Below the pieces are notes generated by a model. That model worked only from the letters and a program-made list of their open reading frames with translations, was not told the origin of the DNA and made no database searches. A DNA stretch of 64,000 nucleotides from Lepidodermella squamata (Eukaryota; Animalia; Gastrotricha). The translations under genes were made by a program, and so were the position numbers. Location: positions 1,364,001 through 1,428,000 of the forward strand of contig JBLDXI010000004.1 of NCBI GenBank assembly GCA_047495785.1. The letters run 5' to 3'. Positions 1-12,429 of this stretch are shown piece by piece (position 1 is the stretch's first letter; the number at the start of each line of letters is the position of its first letter).

Positions 1-534
1 AATAGGTTAAAGGAGGTAAAATTTCTAATTATTTTTCACTACATCGATGTTATCATAACTAACAATCGGAATTTTCAGGCATTTTCGCACTGAAATAATC
101 AGGTTGCGATCTTGAGTCCTGGAGCTGTCAGGGATGGAGCAATTTTAGTTGCTGTATTTCCCAAACTGACCAGTGGTTTTAACCAGAAAACGAGCGAAGC
201 GAGGAAATTTTGAAGATTTTCGATGAAACACGCTCCAAAACCTGTCATAATTAACGAAACAGCGGGCTAATTTATCATTTTCTTGCCCGGTCTGGCCGAG
301 CTAGGGGCTAAGGATTCCTCATTTCCATATTAACAGAGCTGTTAAGGCGCACCCATCCTTATTTGACACCTTTCGATGATTGGCTGATACCCAAATACAA
401 GCCTTTCACACCTCTTTGTCGCCACATTGATGTTCCTTGTAAAGCTGCCTGGGTTTGTATTTGGGAATTCACGGTAGTTAAGTTACCACAGCCGCCTGAA
501 AATGCTTTCCCAGCACGTCGGCCCAAGGGCTTAT

Positions 535-762
535 TTGGCCCGAGCACGGGGGTCAACAACAGGAACCAGCGCTATTGTTCAGCGCCAGCCGGGCTCGGGC
601 CGCCGGGTTCGGGCTGAGACTTGATAAAGTTATCGGATATGGCGTTGGTTGTAGGATGACCCAAGCACGGTGGCCCGATTCCAGATGCCCGAGCTCGGCT
701 GTCCGAGTTCGGCGCTGAACAATAGCGCTGGTTCCTGTTGTTGACCCCCGTGCTCGGGCCAA
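535..762. repeat. GC-rich foldback: perfect 52-bp inverted repeat (535-586 / 711-762), probably a MITE or TIR remnant
   Basis: ttggcccgagcacgggggtcaacaacaggaaccagcgctattgttcagcgcc and its exact reverse complement 124 bp downstream; GC-rich island in AT-rich background. Confidence 0.8.
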
Positions 763-949
763 GCCCTTGGCCGGCCCGTGTGCGGTGAAGCGTGATTCTA
801 TCGAATTTGTTAAATCTCCAGTAAACGTCGCATACTGGCACGTTACAGACTGGCCTGAGCGGGAAGTGCTGTTACCCGGTGGCATATGGGCCGAAATCGG
901 GCTCGGGGCTCGGGCCCCAACAGTTGAGCCAGCCTTTTCAGAAAGAGCC

Positions 950-1005
950 GTTTCTCACTCTGTTTATTTCCCGAAATATTTCGGGAAATAAACAGAGTGA
1001 GAAAC
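950..1005. repeat. Perfect 56-bp spacer-less palindrome
   Basis: gtttctcactctgtttatttcccgaaat|atttcgggaaataaacagagtgagaaac. Confidence 0.9.
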
Positions 1006-1307
1006 TCAAACGCCGATGTTCGGTAGTTTTCGGCATTTAACTCGGTTTGAGATCAACATTTCTCCGGATTTTTACTCGGAATCTCATCAAGTTGAACACT
1101 TCGATGGCTATTCTCATTTTCTGGCCAGGAGATGATAGCTTCGCCTGCGAAATTTAAGAGTTTCTAAGCCCTTTGTTTGCGTTTCTGTATGCTACTAGTG
1201 TTGGCGGTGCGGAAGCATACACCAGCAACTGACTTCTTTATTCATGAGTTCAAAATAAGAGTCATTTCATCATCGTCTTTCCTAATCTGAACCAGTATGT
1301 TTCAGCA

Positions 1308-2483
1308 TCACGGCAAACAAGATCCGCGTGACGAATGGCTGCCCGATGTCAACTGCAATTGAAACAAAAAACAGAATTTGAAATTTGAAAATTGTTGGCG
1401 ATCGAAATAGCACGACCTCATTGGCGGCGCATCCTGCTGATATTGGCCGGCAAATTTTAAACTTGTTCGTCGTTTTGTCCATGCAGCGAACGTGCGGCTG
1501 TAAAATTATAGTGAAACGTCACAGTTTCAATTAAAAATGGTGATATCAAATTTTCAAGAAATTTTCAGAAAAATGTGAATTTTCAAAAAATACCAAAAAT
1601 GTGAATTTTCAAAAAATTTCGAAAAAATGTGAATTATCAAACAATTTCTAAAAGAATTGAAATTTTCAAATAATCTCCAAAAATATATAAATTTTCAAAA
1701 TATTTAAAAAAGATCCAAAAAATTGAACTTCCAAAAAATTACCAAAAAATATTTGATTTTTCAAATAATTTCATAAAATATTAGAATTTTAAAATATTTC
1801 CAAAAATATTTAAATTTTCAAAATATCCCAAATAAAATGTTAAATTATTATTGTCTCGATATTGAGAAAATTGATTGATTCATTTTATATAAGTTGAAAA
1901 AAACGTTACTGGCGTTTTACCTGAGCCTCGCGGTTGCGGCACTCGTTGTGATTTTTGCGGAAGCTGTTCGAATTGCGAAAAACGTCACTCTGTTTGGGGA
2001 AACGTTTGAAATTTGATAGCTTTAAAATTTTAAAAGTTGATATCAATACCGGAGCTTCCGTGTCTTTGCAATTCAAGCCAACTGGAATGCAGCGAATTTC
2101 ATCCGTCAAGCGGTTGTAGCACTGAAGAACAGCCTGGAAAATCACAAGAATTTTTCCATAATTGAAATTTAAAATTTAAAATTTGAAAATTTGACCAACC
2201 CCTTCGCGGCACTTCTTAACGCTGGAAATCGGTTGGCCTAGCTTTTTTAAGAAAAACACACAAAATATTAGGATTTATTTAGGGAATTCTCTGAAATTAA
2301 TTTTACGGAATATTCATTCGGCGAGCATGATTGATCATCGATGTAGGGACGGCAATGGGCGAATCGGTCCGTTGACATGGTGAAGCAGCGGATCCACTTG
2401 CGATGAGGCTCGTGATGGCCAGCCTCGCTGAAACTCGCCATTACAGCTATCAAACAAATGACGGCAATCGCACCGACACGCAT
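1308..2483 (-). CDS. Gene A: secreted Cys-rich protein, signal peptide plus one 12-Cys triplet (6 exons, ~166 aa)
   Basis: Spliced by eye on GT-AG introns: MRVGAIAVICLIAVMASFSEA..KWIRCFTMSTDRFAHCRPYIDDQSCSPNEYS|LGQPISSVKKCREG|AVLQCYNRLTDEIRCIPVGLNCKDTEAP|SDVFRNSNSFRKNHNECRNREAQ|PHVRCMDKTTNKFKICRPISAGCAANEV|LTSGSHSSRGSCLP*; AATAAA on the minus strand near 1240. Confidence 0.8.
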
Positions 2484-3245
2484 GATTAATTTTTATGAAA
2501 TTATTCAACTATAGTAAAAAAAATTGGTGATGATTAACAGGCTTTGTAGGATTTTTTTTCAATTCAAGAAAAATATTTCGAGTCGAGCACGCGTTCATTC
2601 AAGCCGTCACGCGTCGCTGAAACCGTGGCCATTTTCAATCGTATTTTCGTCGTTATTTAGGCTTAACTATTTCTGGAATTTTTCTAAACATAAATTCATA
2701 AAAAAATTATAGATATTATAGATATTCGCTAAGTGTACGTCATCGGTCAACGCTGTCGAGTTTGGTTATCGTTTTTAAAAATCAGTGATTTTCCGATAAA
2801 CGTGAATTTTGAAAATTATCACCGAATTTTCGGATATATATCAAAACCATTAAATCTTCTGGATCTAATTATGAATGATTTATTTTTTTGCTAAAATTCG
2901 AATTAATCGACTAATTAATCGAATAATGGAAAAAATCATCGATTTCGAATTTCTGAATTTCTGTTATAGGATGTGGCTATCGATTCTATTTAAGTCTCGC
3001 ATGATAGCTCACTGGATAATGAATTCCGCCTATAGGATTTCAGGCAATTTGCGATGCTGTCAATATTTTACATTGAAATGACTTTTATTCAGCATTTAAA
3101 CTATCATTATTTTATTCCGAAGATTGACGTAGAGCGAAAAATTCACAAAATATTCATTTTCAATCAATCAATATCAATCAATATCAGTCGATTTCATTCA
3201 CTGGAATATAACGATAAGCTGTCCCGTGATTTTTCTCCAATTTGT

Positions 3246-5245
3246 TTACTTGGGAATAACGTTGAAAGCCTCTGTGTCGAAATTTGAAAAAATTAAAATT
3301 TTAATGAAATAATATGAATTCACTTTCGCAGTCGATGAGCGATTCGTACTCTTCGCCGGTTTTCTGGCCTGGCGGGCAGTGAAGCAGAACGGGGCGGCAG
3401 CCGAGGAATTCGTTCGATTTCTCGTCAAAGCACGCGCGATGAGCAGTCTGATCGCACAGAAAATTCGTGAAAATTTATTTTCAGACAAAATTATTTCAAT
3501 ACCGGGGTCTTATCCAAGCAGCGGTTGTAGCTCGCGTTGAAATTGTGATGCTCATCGTCGAAAATTGCACCCTGAAAATGGCAAGAAATTTATTAATTTT
3601 CTTATTCTTATTATTATTAATTTTTTTATTTATTATTATTAAATATCGAATAACCAAGTTTTTACCACTTTTGAAATTTTCTCAGATTTTTTCAAATATA
3701 TTCACAATTTGAATTGAAAAATTATTCTAAAATTATTTCAAAAAATTGATTTAAGTTTATGGTCAATCAATAAAATTTCAATTATTGCTGTTCGATTATT
3801 GGTTATTTTTCAAATATTTTAAGCGTTACCTCGCGCATAGCTTCGGGGCAGGGCTGATCGGCGTTGATGCAAATCGGGGTGATGGGCTTCGACGGCTGTT
3901 GAGCAGGGTGGTAGCAGTACTTGGCAGCCTGAAATTTCGAAAATTTCAAAAATTGAATTTTTTTTAAGAAAATTGTAACTCACTCCAGCTTCGCAGGCTT
4001 TGATATCGGGGAAGGCGAATTCATCAGACTGTTAGAAAATAAATCAAATTAAAAAATTTATTAAACTTTTCGGCAAGTAAATTTTTTTACCGAAATTTCA
4101 GTCGGCAGGCACTCGGAAAATCGGCACTCGGTCATGCGCATCGTTTCAGGGTTGAAGCATCGCAGGGCCATGCCCTTCGCTCCAAGAGTGCCTAAATTAA
4201 ATCGAAAAATTATTTCAACATCAAACCTCAGCGTAAAAATATTTATTTTATATTTTGAAAATAATTCGATAAATTATGATTTTTCCGAACTCGCTATTGT
4301 TCAATTTCAATTTTTTCGAAATTGCTCGAAAAAATTTAATCCTCACCTTCCAAGCAGCTAGCCAAATTAGGATAACGAGCGTGTTCAACCTGAAATTGAA
4401 AAATATTGAAATAATGAGAAATCTAAGTAATTATTTAACCTCTCCAGTTCGAACAAGGCAGCCTGCGTATTCGGGGCGGCACGCTTTGAACTTGTTATCC
4501 ACTGCCGTGTTGCAGCGGAAATAAGGCTGGGAAAAATTTGAATAAAATTTATAAAAATTCTACTGATTTAAAAAAAATTATTCACCATTTTAGCATTGTC
4601 ACGGCAGGCTTCGTAATTTTTGCGGAATCGCGTGTGCTCGTTGAACAAATGAACCTTGAAAATTGTGTTTGAAAAATTTGAAATTTGAAATTTTTCAAAA
4701 TTTCAACTGAGTATTTTTTACCGCGTACTCGCCAGTTTTGCATTCGTAGTCGATGCTGATGCAACGCGATTTCGCTGCCTCGTAATTGTAGCACATTTTC
4801 GCATCCTGAAAAATTGGAATCAATTTGAATTCGATTAAAATTAATTAAAAAATTCAACTCACCCCTCGAACACACTCAACGATGGTCGGGAACGGAAAAT
4901 CGCCCTGAAAAATTCAGATTGATTAGAAATTTCAAAACAAAATTGATAAATTTTCTTTTATTCTATAAATTGTAATTATGAATTACTCACTTATTTTTGA
5001 ATTTTGAAAATTTGATAAAAAATTGAAAAATCCAGGAATTTATTTGAATTGAAATTTATGTTTGAAAAACTTGAAACAGTGATTTTTCCCGTTGAAATGT
5101 TAACCTGGTATTCATCGGTGGAGCAAGAGCGGCGGCAGTGGACGAAATCGTCGTTGTCCTTCATGAAGCAACGGTGCCATTCATCGGCCGAGCTGAGAGC
5201 AGCAACAGCGGAGCAGAGCAGAGCAATCGCAACGGCGGAATTCAT
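3246..5245 (-). CDS. Gene B: secreted Cys-rich protein, signal peptide plus two 12-Cys triplets, no lectin domain (12 exons, ~310 aa)
   Basis: MNSAVAIALLCSAVAALSSA DEWHRCFMKDNDDFVHCRRSCSTDEYQ|GDFPFPTIVECVRG|DAKMCYNYEAAKSRCISIDYECKTGEYA|VHLF..NYEACRDNAKM|PYFRCNTAVDNKFKACRPEYAGC..|..YPNLASCLE|(phase 1)..LRCFNPETMRMTECRFSEC..|..FPDIKACEAG|AAKYCY..|..YNRCLDKTP|TAHRACF..CE|KAFNVIPK*; open frame across canonical introns. Confidence 0.82.
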
Positions 5246-5839
5246 TTATTATCTCACTAAATTCAATAAATCAAACTAAAAGGTTTGAAAAATTTGTCAA
5301 ATGACAATGAGGAGAATAAATGAATGATGTTTACGCGTTTATGTGATATTATTTTTCTCATTTTCGACTTCGCTCAGCCACGCGATTCAATTTTTTCAAA
5401 GCGCTCGTGCGGGCTCGTTAAGAGTTGTTACGTTGCAGGTGGAAGCAAATAAATTAAATTTTTCGAAAAAAGAATCCAATAAATAAGCGATGAAAAACAA
5501 TTTGTAAATATTATTGAATTACTGCATTGAAATGGGCGATGATGAATTAAGGCGGAAAAAAGAGTAATAAACTAATTACGATATTTAAACCAGAAAAATC
5601 CCTCGATAATTAGGTCATCACGGTTTATATATGAAGCAGGGCTTCTCAAACTATAGGGGTCAGGGGTCTCCGCCAGATGAATTTGTTAAAAATAAAAAAA
5701 ATTCGGAAAATAGCGTTTGCTAAAGCTGAACATGCGGCCAAGTTCTTGCAAACTATTTTTTTTAAATATATGAAAAATGGATGTAATATGGGTTATAAAC
5801 AACTTGAACGCAGAATTTCAGATTTATTCTGATTTATTC

Positions 5840-6162
5840 GGTTCTATGTCAATTGAGCAAACGAAAATTGAGCAACGAAAATAGAGCAAGGGCTTTTGAG
5901 CAACGATATTAGAGCAAACGAAATTAGAGCAAAACGACACTAGAGCAAATTTTATTTACAATAAATAACAGCTGCAATTAATTATTAAATTTGCTCTAGT
6001 GTCGTTTTGCTCTAATCTCGTTTTGCTCAAAAGTCGTTTTGCTCTAATTTCGTTTGCTCAGAAGTCGTTTTGCTCTAATTTCGTTTGCACAAATATCGTT
6101 GCTCAAAAGCCCTTCCTCTATTTTCGTTGCTCAATTTTCGTTTGCTCAATTGACATAGAACC
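5840..6162. mobile_element. Foldback MITE with long TIRs made of short internal GAGCAA-core repeats
   Basis: Starts ggttctatgtcaattgagcaa, ends ttgctcaattgacatagaacc; tandem gagcaa.cga units mirrored on the other arm; no clear TSD. Confidence 0.75.
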
Positions 6163-6712
6163 CTACTATCGATATCGGTCTGTTGGGAATATCGATTTTT
6201 GGGTCGCAAAAAATTTTTCGATTTTCCATGAATCTTTGCTGTTCTCCCAGGTTTCGCTTTTTGGGTTGCGACATTTTTTAAAATTTCAATCAATTAAAAT
6301 TTCAAATTGAATTAATTTAATTTTTCCGTTGACAAAATTTTCCACACATTTTCCTGATTTTTGAATTTTAAATATTTATTGAATTTATTGAATTTATTGA
6401 ATTTTGAAATTTATATTTGCATATTGGTACATAATTATGTGGTATATTACAACTAAAATTATTACACAATTTTCCACGAATGAAATTTGCACGATTTTTC
6501 CGGGTTTTCGGGTTTTCGGTCGGGGATGAGGTATGAGTTTTGAAAAAATAGAAATAGGAAAAAGTACCACATAATTATGATTATGATTATAATAACTTTT
6601 AGCGGAACCAAATTTTGGAGTTTTCAATGGGCCTAACACCCATTTTCGAAGCTATTAAGGATGTCATGATTGATCGGCATAATTTTGAAATGAATTATCT
6701 TCAAATTCAGCG

Positions 6713-7030
6713 GAAAGGGTACAAATAAGACAGGACAATTAAGATATGGACAATTAAGACGGGACAAATAAGACGAGGACAATTAAGACAACGAGGACAA
6801 TTAAGACAACGAGGACTAACCCTAACCTTAACCAAAATCCCAACCAAAAGCCCAATAATTGTGTTATTTTTTAATTCGTCGTATTTGTCCCGTCTTAATT
6901 GTCCTTGTCTTAATTGTCCTCGTCTTAATTGTCCCGTTATAAAATTAAATTTATCTTAATCGTCCTCGTCTTATTTGTCCCGTCTTAATTGTCCCGTCGT
7001 ATTTGTCCTCGTCTTATTTGTCCCCCTACG
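6713..7030. mobile_element. MULE-type MITE with 9-bp TSD, GGACAA(T/A)TAAGAC internal repeats and a central ctaacc tract
   Basis: aattcagcg at 6704-6712 and 7031-7039; arms agggtacaaataagac / gtcttatttgtccccct. Confidence 0.7.
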
Positions 7031-7254
7031 AATTCAGCGTCACATTCTGGATATGACGCATTCTAAACTATAGAATTCATAAATTGCCCTAATTTCGTGG
7101 AAATATTAGAAAAGCGGCCTTTTTCTTGCTTAAAATTTGGTTCCGCAACAGGCAAATTGGTTCCCCTTTTAAAGATAGCCTGCTTAAATTTACCCCTAAT
7201 TCAGAAAGTGTTTAAGGCGAGTTTGATCTCGCCTTGACTTTTGCCCGTCTGTTT

Positions 7255-7508
7255 ACTCACCTTACCTAATAACAGATATTGAAAAGGTCGAATCGATTCA
7301 AATCCGCTTCACAAAACGTTTGCTATATCGTAGTACCTACTACTCATCGACCGAAGGCTCCTCCTATGAAGAACGACTAAAAAAGCTTGGGTTGTGTTCA
7401 CTCGAATTAAGACGCTACCAACACGATCTTGCGTTATGTCATAAAATGTACCAGCGTGCTGTGGACTTAAATTTCTCGGACTTCTTTAATATTTCCACTA
7501 ATCCGCGC
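7255..7508 (+). mobile_element. Non-LTR retrotransposon (CR1/L2-like) ORF2 C-terminal fragment
   Basis: PYLITDIEKVESIQIRFTKRL..SYEERLKKLGLCSLELRR..DLALCHKM..DFF matches the typical post-RT tail of CR1/L2-clade LINEs; abuts the transposase fragment. Confidence 0.75.
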
Positions 7509-8460
7509 TTACCAGCTTTTACCAGCCATGGCAGAAATAAGAGACGTTTCAACGACGAAAGGCTCTTGGATGCGAACGCAGTGTTGTTTCGCGGTTTGCG
7601 GGATCGGCTTCACCTCCTCGAGCAACTTTGACAGCATCGGCTCGTTACGGCTAACTTCGTCGTTGCTGCAGTGGAGAACAGTTACTTTCGTTGCCAGTTT
7701 TTCAGCAAGCAAGGCAAATGCAGCGGCATCGCGTACGACGAGATTTTCATTACCCATCATTTCTTTGCGAACTGCTGATTTTACACAGCCTCCAACGCCG
7801 TCCGCGGCACTCTTCCCATGGTAAGAGGCGAAAAAATGCCACTGAAGGCTTTCCAAGAAGAGCTCTCGCACAAGTATACTCAAGCTCCCCAGGAAAAACC
7901 GCTGCTTGAAGTGGGTCTTCGCTCCTTCACTGAAACCGTCGAACTTGCGTCGAGCCGGATAGCGGAGCTTCAAGTGCGACAACACTTTGAGTAGGAAGCA
8001 ATAGGCAGCATTCGAATCGTGAAGCATTCGATCGCTCGCCACAACGTAAGACGCGATTTCAGACCCAACCCAGGCGACGAACGTAAACAAAGTAACCTGT
8101 TGGTGGTTCCAGTGAGCTGACTGGACCTCAGACTAAAAAAATGAATTGGGCAAAGGTACTGACTACTGACATATATAGTTTAACATTTAATACCTGTTGC
8201 TGAAGTGCGAAATTTTCGGCGAAGTCTATCTGAAAACGCATGCAGATTCATTAGAATCAGCGATCAATTGGTTAAATGTGGCCTGCTGGTGGGCCTTGAC
8301 CCAGCAATGAGTCGTAAACGGCGTACATTGCCCGTTTATTTTTTCAAACAGGCACTCCAAGGTCAAAGTTTTTCCAACTTTCTCAGTAGCCTATAAAACC
8401 GAAAGATCAATTGATCATCACTAAGTCAATGTTATAACTAACCTTTGTTGAATACGGTAT
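7509..8460 (-). mobile_element. Degenerate intron-containing DNA transposase fragment, probably Sola-type (DDD), copy 1 (frameshifted)
   Basis: Motifs DFAENF, QSAHW..QVTL, SD..HD, FSEG..HFK (degenerate SDG), WHFFASYHGKSAADGVGG; 1-nt deletion near 8233 relative to copy 2. Superfamily assignment is from memory of motifs. Confidence 0.65.
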
Positions 8461-8786
8461 CTCAGTTTATTTTAAATTTTACTTCTTCATTCAACACACT
8501 TCTCACAACGAATTGTCATATCAAAACGCTCGACAGTCTCATACATATCTCTCGCATAGCTCGTAAGTAATTAAATCGCAAGAGCCGGCTGTCTGGAACC
8601 TGTAAGAGCCGCCGGAGACATATATGAAAACGCAATCATCATATATCGGAAAGATCCACTGCGAAGCGACGAAATTGAAATCCGAGCCATCGTCCCATTT
8701 CATGATGTTGTTTGTCACGGTGAGGGCGATCCAGGCAGTCGCATCCGTCACATTTCCAGCAGCTTGCTGTTCGGCCTCCGACCTTA
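7660..8786. repeat. ~1.13-kb direct duplication, copy 1 (copy 2 at 12430-13557): transposase fragment plus 3' end of the C-type lectin exon
   Basis: Base-by-base match at offset 4770/4771. Confidence 0.92.
8539..8786 (-). pseudogene. 5'-truncated C-type lectin exon, paralog of the gene D last exon
   Basis: ..DATAWIALTVTNNIMKWDDGSDFNFVASQWIFPIYDDCVFI..CDLITYELCERYV*; no upstream exons; breaks at 8786 into the gene C promoter. Confidence 0.8.
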
Positions 8787-8829
8787 GAATGTTTGATATT
8801 TATTTTGTAGTTCGTGCCCTTTTGTTTAT

Positions 8830-9092
8830 TATTTTCTTCAAAAATCATAATGGATAATGCTTCAAAACTGCACTCAACCGAGACAAACACGGGCTTGAAC
8901 CCTTCAACACGCGCCGAAAAAGAAACGGACACGTGACACGTTCCATCGCACCACAAGGAGTGTCGCAATAGAAAATATCGAAAACAACAACAGCAACAAC
9001 GCACCGTCATTCACCATTCATTCGATAAAATTTTTACACAATTCATATCGTGAATTTTCAGTTGATTTTTTTTACAAGGCTCATTCGATCAG
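8830..9092 (+). promoter_or_regulatory. Upstream region of gene C with blocks conserved upstream of gene E (23830-24175, minus) and the relic at 39944-40200
   Basis: Collinear blocks aacacggrcttgaac, cacgcg, gccgaaaawgaaacg, cgtgacac shared by C and E (partly in the relic); gctcattyga.cag immediately before the ATG of C and E. Confidence 0.5.
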
Positions 9093-11716
9093 ATGTTTTC
9101 GTATCACTGTGCTCTGCTGCTAACCCTATTGCTGGCGCCAAGTGACCCGGCTTCGGGTAAAGAGTTGAACTGGGTTCGCTGCTTCTCACAGTTCAGCAAC
9201 CGATTCACCAACTGCGTACCAGCTGCCAATGGCTGTAATCCACTCACCGAATACCAGGTTTGCCACGATTTACGTGCATGCAGTAACATGATGATTGTTG
9301 AATTGCTCACCAACTAGTGGGGCGGCATTTTTCGAACAACTGGCGTCTGCAACACTGGCGTTAGTTTTACTCTTCAGTTTAAACTTGTTAATTAACGCCC
9401 TGTTTTTTCTATAGAATGCCCGAATGTGCTACAAATACGAGGCTCTTACTCCGTTTTGTGTACCTGGTAACATTGGCTGTAACAACCCTGGCAATATGAA
9501 TGTACGTCGAAAGCTCATGTTATTTCCCTTTCGTCGGATGTTCTATGACTTTTGCGTTTCAGACGTTCTGGTTCAACGATCAAAATGCGACGTTGAGTTT
9601 GAAATACAACCTCAACGAATGCGATAAACAACGAGCTGTTTTCGAAGTAAGAACTTCCAAACTGCTGTTGTCAGTGCTCATGATTAGCTTTTGGTACATC
9701 CCTTTATACTTTATAGAAATCGTCGAAATTCCGGCGTTGCACGTCGAACAGCGTCATCAAAACCTGCGTTCCCGATCCTTTCACTTGCCCTGAAAACTGG
9801 GTTAGTGCTTTGAGCTTTCCTATTTGAATTAAAAAAATCAATTGAATCGCTCAATTACTGATGGTGGAACGTGAAAATGCTCAGTTCATGAGGTAAATAA
9901 TAGCTAATATTCTATATTATTCCTCTTCTAGATCACTGAATCGACGATTTACTCAGATTTACCGTCGTGCATCAACGCCACGGGTGAGTCAAATATTTAA
10001 ATCGGATATTTGAAAAGGCTAAGATGACATTTCAATCTAAATATGTAATGACGGGCAATATTTTTCGACAAATTAAATGTTCAGCGAATTCAGGTATTTC
10101 CGTTAAATCAAATTAATCAATGATAGTAAGAAAATTCCGAGGATTTTCATTCCTGCATTACAAAAGTTGATCAACTATTGGGACAACTTGTAATTAACGC
10201 CGGAGAATTTTGCAACACGAAATTTAAATTAACACGAGTAGTGTTTTTCAATCGCAGTCTCTGTTCCGATCAGCGAGAAGCCGCACATCCGCTGTTTCGA
10301 TTCGACAACAAGCAAATTCACAAACTGCCGACCTCAAAGCACTGGCTGCTTGGCTAACAATGAGACTCAGCAATATTCGACTAATGTTTTCATCAACTAT
10401 CAAAGCTGCCTGCTCGGAGTAAGTCTCTTCTAATTTACCCGCATTTGATGTCTATAATTTCATTTTTGAACAGAACGCGGTTTCATGCAAAGATTCGTCT
10501 AACCGAAGTTCATGCTACGCCGCCTGCCCTCGAGACCTAACCCAGGTGAAACTTGGTTATTGAACATTCACGGATCAAAGTTTCTATGAGTGATTCTAAA
10601 ACAGGTTAAACTCTTCTCGGACTCGCAATCTTTTCAGCTGAACCACGGCAATTGCATCGATGAGATATCGCCCAAGGTGAGTTCGCATCAACTTGTTTTA
10701 AATCATGAATGCCGCCAGCTTGTTGCAAGTTCAATTTAAAGTACATACATAGTGCCTATTTTAAGCATGCGTCTGATGGTATGCAACACGGCAATCAGTT
10801 TAGCTTCAAGATTTCCCGGCTTCATTCGGACAACCCAATAAACGGAAAGCTATGCTTACCTTGGATGTTCAAATGGCCTTTAAATTTTCAATTGCTAAAC
10901 GCTGAAAGATCTCTTAAGAGAATGGATAGTCTCTTGGGACATTTCAATGTGTTCAATACTTTCGGACCCTACCGTTTCACCCTAACTGCGCTGCTTAATG
11001 CAATGGCGTTTTATTCACGAAATTACGGTGCTTTAGTTTTTGTTTAATTGAAAATCAGCAACAAGAACTTCATTAATTTTGCGAGTCTAACTGGAGGGAA
11101 AGAGGGGTGTGGCGTGAGGGAGCTCTGTATTATCCCCTGGCTTTATTACTATCACTTAAATAATTCTAGATAACAAAATATGTTTCTTACTGTCCCATGC
11201 CATTTTTAGCCGACTGGGTATTTCCGCTGCGTCGACAACAGCGGTGGAGCAGTTCATTGCGTCAATGCGTCCACAGGCTGCAATGCGGCAACTCAGCTTC
11301 GAATTCCGGCTAATGTGGTCTATCCGGACGAGAACACTTGCCCGAATGCGACCAAGAAGTTAAAGTTGGTGTATTATTTGGGTGACAGAGCTGCCAGCGC
11401 GGCGAAATGCGCCGAAGACAATGCTTCGTTGGCGACGATTTGGTCAGACGATGAGCTGGCTGCTGCTAAACTAGCGCTGGAGGGGAGGGGGGTTTCTGAG
11501 GCTTGGATCGGTCTCACTCGCCAAAACGGCGAATTCCGAGGGGTTGATGGCTCAAGTTTCACTTACGTTGCATCGCAGTGGGCTGGTGGTAACGGCGACT
11601 GTGCTTATCTCACATATCGATTCTCAAGTTCTCAAAACGTCCCAGTCGATGGTTATTACTATATGCTCGTTGATTGTAGTTACATTGCAAGCTTTGTCTT
11701 ATGCGAGTCGTTTTAG
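9093..11716 (+). CDS. Gene C: signal peptide, two 12-Cys triplets and a C-terminal C-type lectin domain (10 exons, ~440 aa)
   Basis: MFSYHCALLLTLLLA..WVRCFSQFSNRFTNCVPAANGCNPLTEYQ|WGGIFRTTGVCNTG|NARMCYKYEALTPFCVPGNIGC..|TFWF..NEC..|..RRCTSNSVIKTCVPDPFTCPENW|..YSDLPSCINAT|..PHIRCFDSTTSKFTNCRP..|NAVSC..|VKLF..NC..|PTGYFRCV.. then CTLD (KCAEDNASLATI, AWIGL, DGS, DCAYL, DC..FVLCE). Confidence 0.85.
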
Positions 11717-12237
11717 TGGTTCACTTTACGAACAATGCCTTGTGAGATTGTAAGAGGCCGAAGTAAAATAATAATATGTGGGGAGATTACCTATATTCTT
11801 CTGACGCGTGACAAGTTGATTGATTTTCATCAATGGCCAAGATCGACGGCTACTAAAACTATGATAGAACATACAATTCGCGAATATTTATGTGAAGATC
11901 ACAGTTTCACGTGAATAAGGACGCAAACAAAAATTACTGAAACGCCAGGGTTTGGCACCAGAATTTCTGACATCGTCTGATTTCGATCCCGTTCGATCAT
12001 GCAAGATCAGTGAACTTCATCAATTGCATGCGAAAAATTAATTAATCCGCATTAATGTATCTTGCGAGATATTTTGGCGGAATCGGTATCTCGGATTGGG
12101 ATATCGGTTAAACATTTTTATTCACAAAATTACGGCAACGACATAAAATGACTAAAATGATTATTTTTTATTTTACACCCTCTTTTCAGGCATTGTGATG
12201 TTAATTTGATAGAAAAAGAGAGAGCCTTAGCTTGGGC

Positions 12238-12429
12238 TTAGAGGGAGGCTGACGGCAGGCGATCGGCTTCAGAGACCGACAGATCGGTCGCGAACAACCT
12301 GCTATTGCCCAAAAATCCGTAACTTTCGATGCTATTAAACACTAATTGCCATTCATCCCGATTTCCGCTGGTTTTAGTTCCGCAATTTTGCGAATTCCAG
12401 TGCGCCGCATTAACAAGGTCGACGTACGA
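12238..12429 (-). pseudogene. Possible orphan C-terminal fragment of a LamG/pentraxin-like exon
   Basis: Open frame ..SYGFLGNSRLFATDLSVSEADRLPSASL* resembles the G-x-h-xx-hhF-xxx-LS-xx-E end of LamG domains; joined directly to transposase copy 2. Confidence 0.3.

Noticed and set aside
359-991. Overlapping short ORFs sharing GPSTGVNNRNQRYCSAP
   Set aside because: By-product of the inverted repeat; no domain or gene structure
1550-1850. Degenerate aattttcaaaaa repeats with spacers, superficially CRISPR-like
   Set aside because: Low-complexity intron of gene A; no constant repeat, no cas genes, eukaryotic context
5638-5680. CAGGGCTTCTCAAAC hAT-like terminus
   Set aside because: No matching second end or TSD found
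9060-9092. Acceptor-like pyrimidine..AG just before several ATGs, suggesting SL trans-splicing
   Set aside because: Cannot be distinguished from 5'-UTR introns or AT-rich chance without transcripts
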